Assembly: GCA_051294905.1 (NCBI GenBank)
Contig: CM119382.1
Location: 9,362,001 to 9,426,000, forward strand
From: Botryllus schlosseri
Taxonomy: Eukaryota
Direction of reading: 5' to 3'
DNA length: 64,000 nucleotides
The notes beneath the pieces are model-generated. The model did no database searches, was not told the DNA's origin, and saw only the letters and a list, made by a program, of their open reading frames with translations. Shown one piece after another: positions 51,901 through 63,900 of this stretch (its first letter is position 1; each line of letters opens with the position of its first letter). Made by a program: the position numbers and the translations under genes.

Positions 51901-54900
51901 CTTTGTAACCCTAGCCCATCTATCTTCCGTTACATCTTTCTTCTCGACGACGTAGTTGAAAATGGCTTTGCCGCCGCTGTCCGGCTCGTTCCACGATAAA
52001 TTGACCGAGTCTTTGCGTACTTCTTTCACGACCGGGGCATCGGGTGGGTTAGGTGCGCAGTACCGGTCTTTGATTGTTACGGTCGGCGTCTCGGCCGGGT
52101 CGGAGAATCCCTGCGCGTTTTCAGCCATGACTCTGAAGACGTATTGCGCTCCTTCCTCCACCTTGCTGATTCGAATCTCGGTCTTTTGTGACGTGGAATT
52201 CACCGTACTCCACATCATGCGTGAGGCATCTAAAATAAAATCATGTAGCAATGAATATGATCGAGTGGAAGTCAGCAGAGTCATACAGGCAGACAGGTAG
52301 AAGATCGGTGCTTACAGTTAAGCACATATTACATGCGTATAAGTGAATAGATCTCTGGAGAAATAACTCTTGAGCCAAATCTCAATCATGGATTTGCACA
52401 TTTAGTATGCTATAATGTCGTTTTGTTGATGAACGATACTGAGCTACACAAGACTTACAGAAACATCAAACGTTGGGTGACTTTGGTGAAATATCAGGAG
52501 TATCAAATTTCAATAAAACATTCGTAAAATAAACAAAATTGAGAAGCATTTTTTCAAATACCGCATTTGGTCGTTAATATGTCTAGAGTTTCAAACAACC
52601 AATATTTTCTCTAACAATTAAAAACTTGCAGTAACGTGTCATTGAATTAGACCCAACACGTAGCATACCGGACACAGTCCATTGTTAGTAATGTAAGGCA
52701 ATATTTCACCAAAATTGTGTTTATCACACCAGCGCGTTACCTCTTTTTTCAATCACATAGTTGGTGATGTCGCTACCGCCATTTTCAATGGGAGCGCTCC
52801 ACGAAAGTATCACAAACGATTTACTCTTTTCCTTAACGTGAAGGTCTTGGGGCGGGTATGGCTTGTCTGAGAAAGTAATTTGTCAAAATCTGCTAGCTCA
52901 AATGTGATTCACAGAAAGCACTTACCAACGATTAATAGGTGAAATTTGGAGTCGCGGATTCCCCCCGCATTTTGTACCGTTACCTTGTACACGCCAGAGT
53001 CTGAACGCTTGCCACCTTTAACCACAATGCTGCTGGATTCCGCCGTGCTTTTTATCTTGGGACGAAGGAACAAGTCATGAACAATACTGTGACTTGGACT
53101 CGAGCCGTTGAACCCTGACTTGGACTCACTCGAGTCAAACTATATAAATACAATTGACTGGTGACTAAGGACCTTGTGATTTGTTTACAACTCTATTGCA
53201 CACAAAATGATTCCAGAAACCACACAATATCATAAAAGTCACCTTAAATCGACTTTCATCGTTGGGCATGCTTCCACCAATCCGTTCCCACGTAACCTTG
53301 GGCCTGGGCCTGCCTGTGAACTTCGCCAACACCATAAACCTCTCCCCAACTCTCACGACGATTTTTTCGCGAGCTTCCAAAGTCAGACTGGGCGGTTCAA
53401 TAGTGTCGTGGCAAACCACCGGCTTGCTCGGTATCGACGGCGGGCCGGTGCCTTTTTCGTTTTTGGCGGCGATACGGAACTCGTAGTTGTCGCCTTCGTT
53501 GAACCCGGTCAGAGTGAACTTGTTCTCTCGTACCATTTTATCGGTCGCCGGCAGGTAGCGGTCTTGTCCTATGAGACGTTTTTCGATGAAATACTCTGAG
53601 ATTTCAAGCCCGCCGTCCGAGGCCGGTGGCTTCCATTGAAGAGTGACCGAATCCTTTGTGACATCGATGGCTCGGATTTCTTCAGGTCGTCCTGGCGTCG
53701 CTGTGGAAAGCACAGTGTGTCAAAGCACTATAAATTCACGAGGAGAAAGCAATCAAGTCTTTATTCATCATTCTTTTTTACTTATATGTAGTTACATATA
53801 CATATTTCATCTAGTCTGATTGACAGCAGTAAATATACCAAAATATAGATATATATACAATTGAATAGTACATTAATATTGGAATGACCACAATATTTTC
53901 TGCTGACACTCGTCAGGGGTAATGGTCAGCAACTAGTAGAGAATTGGAAAACATTGCAATTCGTCTATCATATCACAAAATATCTCATATCATGTGATAC
54001 GATTTTTGATATACAATGTTCTTTCCAATTCTCAACGATGACCAGTGTCAGCCAAAAATATTCGGGTTTATTCAATAGTATATTGAAGTTCTTTACCCTA
54101 CAGAAGCTCATTAAATGTACATATACAATATGCGTATTACATTCACATATATTGTTAAACATATTATTCCATTATAACAGTGGTTCTCAACCTTTTTTTA
54201 GACACGCCCCCTTTATGATGATGAAAAATTTCGCGCCCCCTTATCGCCATATCACAAAATCCAACCGGGATGCTAGCAACCCCAACAGATTGTTTGATGG
54301 CATGGAAGGTTATGACTAGGGCAAGTTTTTGCCAACTTTTGCAACTTTTTTTTTACAGCTTCCGGCAGCTTCCTAAATACTCGTAAGATATGTAGAATGC
54401 TGTTTCAAGCTGTTTGAAGAAATCTTATAGTGCATCTTTTGCCCATTTTTTACATTCAACTTTTTGCAACATTTTGCAACGTTCTCGAATTTTCATCAAA
54501 GTATTTTCGATTCCGTTGAAATACACGGTCAAATTCGACTGAAACACCGTAAATCAGCACCGAAGTTAGGCTTTTACGGGTATTTCGGGAGCTGAGCCGG
54601 AAAATTGGCCTTTGTTTAGTCAATCTGGGAAGTTGACCATTTTTCAGTCAACCGAGCAAAATGTGGTCAAAATGCAACTTTTGCAACTTTTTCAAAAATA
54701 AATGCAACTTTCCACGGATTTAACCGCAACAAAAACTTGCCCTAGTTATGACTGTTGATGAGAGAATTCAAAAATATGAAATTCGGTCTATATATATTTC
54801 GTTTTTGCAGACACATAAAGTTGGGAACAATGCCAGGGCTGAGTATGGTAACAGTGTCCATATTACGATAACAGGTAATGAAGTAAATAATTGTAAATCT

Positions 54901-57900
54901 ATCACACGGCAATTTGTGGATATGTTGCGGTACATCTTTTAGCTTGCTTACTATTAGCGTAGATATTTCCTTTTGAGGAGGATCTTGTATAACGAGAATG
55001 AACATCATTATCAGGTAGGAAAATGTTATCGAACACACGAGTTAAACTCTTGGAAAATATACATAAGATTAGACACTAAGGTTCCATAGTGTTCATTAAC
55101 TTCATCTTCAAAACATGAGTTCACTTACAAACGGGATCTCGTGTGGTGAGGGGCAGACCAGATTCCAGCGGGGTACCAACGCCAATGATGTTTTCAGCAG
55201 ATACGCGGAACATGTAGGATTCGTTTTCAATCAGACCCTGTAGAGATAATGTATCTTGTGTTGACCAGTGACCACAAATCAATAATTTCAACACATTGAG
55301 TTTAAAAATTTTTAAATACATATCGTCACGTTTTAAAGCCGACAATTGCGACTAAATATTTAGTAATTCATCACAGCACATCAATACAGACAGCAAACCT
55401 GCACTACAGCCGATGTCCTAGTGGCAATCATCGGCACTTTGGTCCAAGAGCGTCTCGAAGACTCCCGCTTCTCAATGACAAAATTTGTAATGGTGCAACC
55501 GCCATCGTCTTCCGGTAGATTCCATGATAACGTCACAGAGTGCTTAGTGATGTCATAACAGGACAGCGGCCCGACACAAGAACCCGGCACGTCTAGATTT
55601 GAGAAGAAATAAACAGGCATATTGAATTAAGAAACGTGGATTGATATGTTACTGAGATGCTACAAAAAAACATTTTGTTTCTGAACAACGATAACTTACC
55701 GTGAACTGTAATGTTAGCGTCAACTGAGGCATCACCGGCAAGGTTCTTCACAGTGAGACCATAATTTCCATTGTGGGATCTTAGACAGTTTCTAATGATC
55801 AATCCCTCACTATGCAAGCGCGCTTCTTCTGGTAAGTTGTCTCCTAAAAGGGGTTGTAGTGGAAATGAGATGTATGAACATATCAGCATATTGATTTATA
55901 AACATATTCCAACCATTGATTGCTCTTTGGTAAAACATTTCATTATTAGATCTTAACAAAACTCGTAATCAACATCTCGTAATCACCTTCATTTGAAAGG
56001 CATAAGATGCATGGATAAATGTAGTCAAATCGAGAAAACCACATAATAATTATATCAGAGAAATCACATGTTGAAAAATATCATCACATTCTCTTACCGT
56101 CTTTTGTCCAGACAATCTCTGGTGTCGGACAACCCGTGATTACAGTATTTATCCTGATGGTTTCACCGGCTCTTACCACGAGCGAATTCTTTTTGACTGG
56201 TGGCAAAAACTTGGCTTGGGGTAGTTCTGTCGACAATATCAGGCTTAGCAAGGCAATCACGGCGCTGACCAAATCAACGATTACCTAACGTTATACCAAC
56301 GCATACGGCGCTGGGAAGAACTCCCGGTATCCCGCGGCCTGCAGAATTGATTGCGGACACACGAAACAGGTAAGACTTTCCCTCGCACAGGTCTCCGACA
56401 GTGATTTTCTTCCAGCGATGCTCATGCCCGCTGACTTTAATCCAATCCTCCTCACCTGTGTGTCGCATTTGACGGATTACCTTCTATTATTATCATTTGA
56501 AGTACATAAAATCTTATAGCTAGAATAAATGTGTTATGGTAGTGCACATTGATTCACACAATATGTGAGTTGCTATTCTCTCAAAGCTGCAAGAGACTTG
56601 ATGACTAACTGGCTCTTTTGGTGTAGAAAGTCCATTGCTGCCCATATTTTATTCAGCATTTCATGTTTCACTTTGCTATTCATTGTCATTGTCACTGACT
56701 TAATTGAGAAGTAAAATTCCACCCAGCAGAGGATGTTAGTAACGAATTAATTCTATTTAACCACTAAGAAGCAGGAGTGCTAATAAGGTAAAAGTTATTC
56801 CTGGTCGATTTCAAAGCCTTGTCGCTAGATTGGATGGACCTTCTGGTATACCAAGCAATTTATAACCAGTGATATTGATACTAAATTAACGAAATTTGAG
56901 TCAAAGCATATTCCAAACTATCAGTAGAGAAGCCATAATGTGGAGTAATTGAGTACTAGCTCAGTATGAACCTTTCTTTTTAGTCAGCATGTTATTAGAT
57001 AACGGTAGCGTCCGCATCTGAAGAGCAGATCGCATTTTGCCTAATAGTGAGCACCCCTGATCTATAGAAACGGAATAAATGCACACGCCTGATCCACAAT
57101 CTTGAGAAATGGTCCGAACAACACAGAAACATTAATACTAAAATCGAATTCCTGGAGCAAACAGTATCTTTTACCTAAAATTGATGCAAATCTTACGCTA
57201 CCTTCAAGCTGCTTTTCCACGAAATAGCTTGAAATTTTGGAACCTCCATCATCTTCGGGCGCTGTCCACTCTAGAGTGACCGAAGTCTTCCCAACTTCGG
57301 TCACAACAGGAACGGGAGCACCGGGACAGTTAACGGCCAGCACTGCAAACACCGGCAAACTCGTCTGGCTGAAATCTCCCTGACCGACTTGATTGACGGC
57401 AGCCACTCGAAAAACATATTCCTGCCCCTCTTGCAGACAGCTGGCCCGGAATTGCGTGCCGAAGATTTTTTCCGTTGTTGCTTTTCTCCAGCTTCTATTT
57501 AAGCGCGACCTCTTCTCCAAAATGTAAGATGTGACGATGGCGCCGCCATTTTCTTCGGGCGGGTCCCAGTATACTGTCATGGAATCTCGGGTGGCGCCTT
57601 TTATCTGTGGCCTGTCGGGACGGCCGGGACGAGTCCACGGCTCTTTCGCTGCCATTGGCGGGCTCAAAAGCCACTCGCTCGAGCCGTAGTCATTCACGGC
57701 TCTGGAAAATTCATTATTTGCAGATTAGAAAATAGTAATTTCTGGTAGATGTTTGAAAACAGCATAAGTTAATCAGCCCATGTGATAAATTCCCTGTACA
57801 TACATTTCTCTAATATACGTGAGTCAGTTAAAGTCAGTTGAATCATGGACAAATCCTATTCCCCTAAATGGATTTTGTCGTCAACATTGTTCATTTATGA

Positions 57901-60900
57901 AATATTTTGTCACTACTCGAATATTAATCTCAATACTGCTGTTCGCAACACGGCTGCTCAAATCTTTAAAAGCTTCTACAAACTGAACGTTGGACTAGTC
58001 ACAACAAGTAATTCAAACGCTACTCAATTCATTCTTGCTTTCTGGACAACATTCATTGCAATATAATATATTCCACCCAAAGAATCTTGTGTGTTCCATA
58101 TCTAGAATTACCAGTACAATAACAAGAATATAAACTGAGAATAAAATGAAAATGAATTCGGCAAAGAAACTGACGTAACTGAAATTATTCTTGCCTCAAT
58201 GCAGCATAATTTATTGAACACAAAAACTTTTCCAGTACCCCATATCGGGTGTCAACGGCAGTCACAATAGCAAGCATATGCAAGGATATGCAAATGAAAA
58301 CCAATTTGGTATAGTACAACATAACAATGTGATTTTGAAAATATGGCTAGAGAAAATAACATTGCTACATCACACTCCGCCAAATTGATTTTCATTAGAA
58401 TCGCTTTGAATATGCTGCTAAATCTTCAAGTAAAAAAAAAATTTAGTATCGTTAGCCACTTATTCAACAGAGGTTAGTCATTGTTGATACCCAACTATAG
58501 AAATAACAATTTCCAGGAAAAAGAATATACTGGGCCCAGTTTGATCTAAAAAGCTGATAACTATGGAGTAGAACCAGAAGTCGCCTAAAACCACTTTGAG
58601 GCAGTAGAGCAAGTGGGGAAAACAACTTGAGTACCCTGTTATACTTCTTTACTGACCGCTAGGTTTATTCAAAAAGAACTAGTGAAGACACAGGAGTTCG
58701 AAAAATTTGACGCGATTCCAACCCGTAGAAGAGATGTTCTTTGAGTTTTTCATGAATAATTCCGTGATTACCCACATGGACTTCGCTTCTACCAGTTGGT
58801 AAACATCGTTTTTTTGACAACTCAATAATTTCAAGGGTTTGACAGTGAAAATTTTATAAATTTTGTTTCAATTTTTTCATAATAAATGCAAAATATTCCC
58901 CTTCTTATACCTTGACATCTACCATTTGGAATTGAGCCAAATTTTCTGTGCAACGTTTTTTCACCCAACCTAACAATTCAGCTATTCAATTTATTCTGTA
59001 CAAAATAACCACATATTCCGCACCTTATTCGATACACGTACTCCTTTCCGGCTTTCAGATCAGTGGCGCACACAGATAAATCCTTGACTTCGGCCACAAC
59101 GTGCCAAGAGTCCCGGTCAGTCTCGCGTTTCTCCACGGCGTAATGTTTCACCCGGCATCCGCCGTCGTCCAGCGTGGGGTTCCAGAAAAACGACATGAGA
59201 CTCGAAGAAATTCTCGTGAACTCGAACGGATTGCAAGGTGGGCCCGGGACGCCTGAATATTGCACGAGATGTTACAATGTGGGCAGACCAATTCGTACCT
59301 ACTACCTTCTTCAAGTCAGGGTTGTAATGACTCGAGTCATGACTCGACTCAAGTCTCAATTTTTTATTGACTCGACTTGACTCGAGACTTTTTTTTTAAT
59401 GGAAAATTACTCCACTCGAATCAATTTGTGTATTGCAGGGCACATCTTAACGACTAGCCCCAAATTACTAATACCACTGCAGATAGGTGCTATTTTTTTG
59501 AAATACCATTTAATTACCATGATATACATTCGTTATGACAATTTACCTCATAAACACGGTGGAAAGAAATCCCCTAACTACTTTGTAATTTACAAGATCC
59601 TAATTCTACAAAGTGATAAGTTTTACCAGAAAAACTGGTAACTAAAAGTGGACATAGGGAAAAAACATAACACTTTAAGTACTCTGTAAAAGTTGGACTA
59701 CTTTGTTACTGACCACCCTCCGTACGGACGTACCTATTACTTCCACCTTTATGTCTTTCGTGGCTTGTCCCGTTGAATTTTTGACGATAACGGTGTAAAC
59801 GCCCGTGTCTGATCTTGCCGCATTCGAAATCAATAGCTCCGTGGTTGTCGACGTCGATTTGATAGAAGATCTTGAAAAAGTTGATAGCACACTCAGGCGA
59901 GAGTAAAGAAGATTAATTGGGTGCCGGCCGCAATCAGCTTGAATAGGCCTTTAGAAGTACGGAACTTCAATATTCCAACAAACAATATGTTCATTGTTCA
60001 ATGCTCATATAACGAAATTTATAGTGCTCGAAGCTTTTCGACTGACCGGGTCACACCAGAGACCTGAGCAGTAACACTGGTATCCGTGACTTCCCCGCTT
60101 GGTGCTTACCATCACCATAGCATGGTGGGATGGTGCAAGACTTCAACAGGCTTACAATTCTGTATCTGCACCTTCCATTTCCAGCTGCATATGCGCATCA
60201 CGCACTCATGGTATGCATACGCACAGACAGGGTGAACATCAAGGACAAAAACATACAACGTCCTATTTGTCCTATTCCTACACCAAAATATTGTTAGAAA
60301 TATAGTTCCTAACTGTAAAACACACCCTAGCACATTTGAATAATATATTCACACACCTATCCGAGTTCTTCAATTCTTTATCAAATCGGAACCATCCAAT
60401 TAACGGCTTCGGCGTGCCTAAATACGTTGCCAAAATCGCTATATTATTCCCCGATTCAACCGACTGAAAATCAACGGCGTCGATAGTTGGAAACACTGTA
60501 AAAAACGTGTCATGGATATCAAAAGTTTCGCTTTGAGGAATATCGATTTACCAATGTCATCTTTGCACTCGACTGGGCCGACAACGTTCGAAGGAGGGCT
60601 CATGCCAACGATGTTCACTGACAACACGCGGAAACACGGTCTGTACCCCTTTTTTATCGTTTTCACGGTATGCTCCAACGAGGTAGTTTCATCGCATCTG
60701 GATTATGAAAAAATTTGGAAATGGAAAATTTGGGATTGGAAAAGTCCTTTATAATGAGCGGGGAGAGAATTGATCAACAAGGAGATTAAATAAACATAGA
60801 TTTTCACAACAAATAACATATATTCTACGGCAAGCTTTCAATAGATTCTCATCAGGAATGTATGTGGCCTGAATACGACAAACCACTTTCGAAATATAGA

Positions 60901-63900
60901 CATAATTTTGTCGGTGCGACGTAATATTGACAAGTAATCAGACTAGTGAACTGTAAATAACAACACACGGTCATGGTACAACGACGACAATTTCGGCTGT
61001 AACAACTTGACACTAACGAAAAATTCCAAGGCAATAGAAATGTTCTTTCTGGCGACAAAGTGTCGTTTGATGCAGTTTTGCGATAGTTGATCCATAATTT
61101 CAAGTTTAAATGAAAAAGAGAGCGACCACAACTACAGAAAATTGGTTGTTATCATAGGCATTACAATATTTGGTATATTCAGGATGTTTCTCGAGCTGTT
61201 GTCGAATGGTAGATTTCTCATACTATACGACTTTAAATCATATAATTTTAATGTCGCACAGCTTACTATTTCACAGTACTTCACAATTCCAGTTTTCCAA
61301 TTTGCTTTACAAATGTATTAGTAGTTTCCCACATTTAGCAGCGTTTCCGAGTGTTTGAAGTTTACTGAGCATAAATTTAGGTGGATTTCAACCAATTGAA
61401 AAACCTCAAGAGTCAAATTCCAGGTTCAACTCCACAAAGAATGATTTACAATGATTTACATTTACAATGATGGTGACACACGACAATTTTTGGCTGGCGA
61501 ATTTTCTAATTTTAAGAACATTCTTATTTGAATGCTATTGACTTGGTTATTGATACCTTTGAGCATAGTATTCACCAATACCACAAAAAATTAATGTGAT
61601 ACAATATCGCACTGAGGTAAGTTGTGTAAAATTGATCGATACAGTTGGTAACAACATAACGTTACTTACTTAATCCATTCTGCCTTTTCTCCGTCGACGA
61701 GCATTTCCACGAGATAAGAAGTAGCCGGATGACATCCGTATAGCTCAGGAGCGGTCCATTTCAAAGATACGCTAGAAGCCGACACTTCGGATATGCGCAA
61801 TCGCGACGGGGCGAAGGGCGTGCAAGCCGGGTCATCGATGTAGACAGGTTTTGTGGTAGATGCCCATGGCCCTTGTCCGATGGCATTGACAGCACATATG
61901 CGAAAGTCATATTCATCACCTTGCAAAAGCCCCACCACCACGCACTCCGTAATGGAAAGAGTGGTTTCCACCTAAATACCAGCAAGGAGTCAGAAAGTAG
62001 TGTTTTAGTCTTGAGACTTGAAGAATCAGGATTGCGTCTCCCATCTAAATTTTTACCTGGTGGAAATTTATGTCAAAATATTACTGTATCATTCACATTT
62101 AGATGAACACTAGAAATAGCAAGTACCATGAGTAAAAAATGAGCCATATTATACCTGATTCACGTATAATTGTACAATTGGGCTGTTCAGAAAAATTTTT
62201 AAGTACTGCTGGCCTAAGCATTGAATCGTTAACTTGCCTATAAAACGCAAAAAATCAAATTCAGATCAATTTCAACCAGTAAAGTCTGAGTCATAACTAG
62301 GCCAAGTTTTTGTTGCAGTTAAATCCGTGGAAAGTTGCATTTATTTTTGACAAAAGTTGCAGTAAAAAGTTGCATTTCTTTTTCCACAAAAGTTACACTA
62401 AAAGACCACATTTTGCTCGGTTGACTAAAAAAAAAAGGTCAACTTTCCGGCTCAGCTCCCGAAATACCTGTAAGAGCGTTACTTCAGTGGTGATTTACGG
62501 TGTTTCAGTCGAATTTGGCCGTGAATTTCACCAAAATCAAAAATACTTTCATGAAAAATCGAAAAAGTTGCAAAATGTTGCATAAAGTTGCATGAAAAAA
62601 AATGGCTAAAAGTTGCAAAAAGATGCACTAGAAGATTCCTTCAAACAGCTTAAAACAGCATTCTACATATCTTACGAGTATTTAGGAAGCTGCCGGAAGC
62701 TGTAAAAAGTTGCAAGAGAAGTTGCGAAAGTTGCAAAAACTTGCCCTAGTCATAACAGTCTAGAAATTTGATAATTTTTTGAAATAATAGTATTTACGGT
62801 AGCAAATACCGTCTGGATAAATATATCCGGTAAATTGGCTAACAGTGCTTGGATAGTTATGTTAAAGAAACGGTCATACAACTCAAAAACAAAATACTTT
62901 CATCGTCGCAATAGACAACTGTATCAATTAATACCTTTCTCCATGCTCTGCCGTCGATTTTCCTTTTTTCAACTATATAATTCCGTATTTTCGACCCGCC
63001 AGCGTTATCAGGATGCCTCCAGTGCAGCGTGACTGATCTTTTCGTCACGTGCGACACTTCCAAACTGGCCGGGGCGCCCGGCGTGTCGATCACTTGCACT
63101 CTGCAGGAACAGAATCTCATCCCCGCCACGTTGGTGGACACGACGGTGTACGTCCCGCTGTGAACTCGGTTGCAGTTTTCCACAGTCACAAAATATCGGC
63201 CGTCCTTCACGTTGATCAAAACTGATTCGCTAGCGATAAGCGCGTCTTGGTCTTTTTTCCAGGATATCTGAAAAGCATTATGGTAAATCCCATCGGAACA
63301 GGCACGGGTATACAAAATAACATTTCTGTTCAAATGCAGGTGAAAGTAAGGATTTTAACACATCAAAACTACTAAAGTAGAAGTAGAAAATGAATGGCTT
63401 GAAAACAGCTCAAGTAAGTAATTTCAAACTCGAATCCGACTCTAGTGATTCGACTTTCCTTGAGACTTTTTTCAAATTGTAAAATGACTCGACTGACTCG
63501 AGTAAATTTGTGCATTGACTCTATCCAAGTCATAACTCGAGACTAGAACAGCCAAGATCGACATTTCATTGTAACTTCACAGAATAGTTAAGTCACCACA
63601 TTATTGGTCTTTTGTCTATCAGTCCTGAAACTTGGAAAATAGGGCCAGGAACTGTTAAGACTGAGGAGAATTACACTATTATGGATGTGGGACATTCTAT
63701 GTCACTGGAGCAGAGTCGAACGAAGTCGGTCGAAACGGATTACACTCAAAACTCCGACATACATAATGACTTGGATTCGGACTCGAGTCTTAACACTATG
63801 ATTGTGAGTTGGTTACAACCCTGGAACGAGTTGTATTAAGAATGTGACACCGTACTCACCTCAGGTGTCGGCGTACCCGAAATGTCTGCAGACACGCGTA

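Noticed and set aside
581-53599. Plus-strand ORFs overlapping exons (e.g. 4578-5036, 23130-23546, 27748-28260, 40108-40479, 53207-53599)
   Set aside because: They are antisense shadows of stop-poor titin exons, with no recognisable motifs and boundaries that track the minus-strand exons.
54742-55038. Minus-strand ORF with DPPQKEIS.. as an extra FN3 exon
   Set aside because: It lacks the W..P..DGG and FRV.A.N motifs, and exons 13 and 14 already join in frame.
57175-57201. Donor TTAG|GTAAAA as the end of exon 8
   Set aside because: Joined to the 56483 acceptor it gives a stop; joined to 56455 it adds nine residues that duplicate the loop. It is retained only as an alternative in the findings.
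58670-58800. Minus-strand open stretch containing STGWNRVK as a hidden FN3 exon
   Set aside because: It has only one weak motif, no fitting splice sites, and the flanking exons 7 and 8 already join in phase 2.
436-63333. ORF-track N- and C-terminal extensions (e.g. MSVLKVTYQHSSYLALFS, VRFFGCFMPC..)
   Set aside because: They are read-through into introns; splice signals and domain motifs delimit the real exons.
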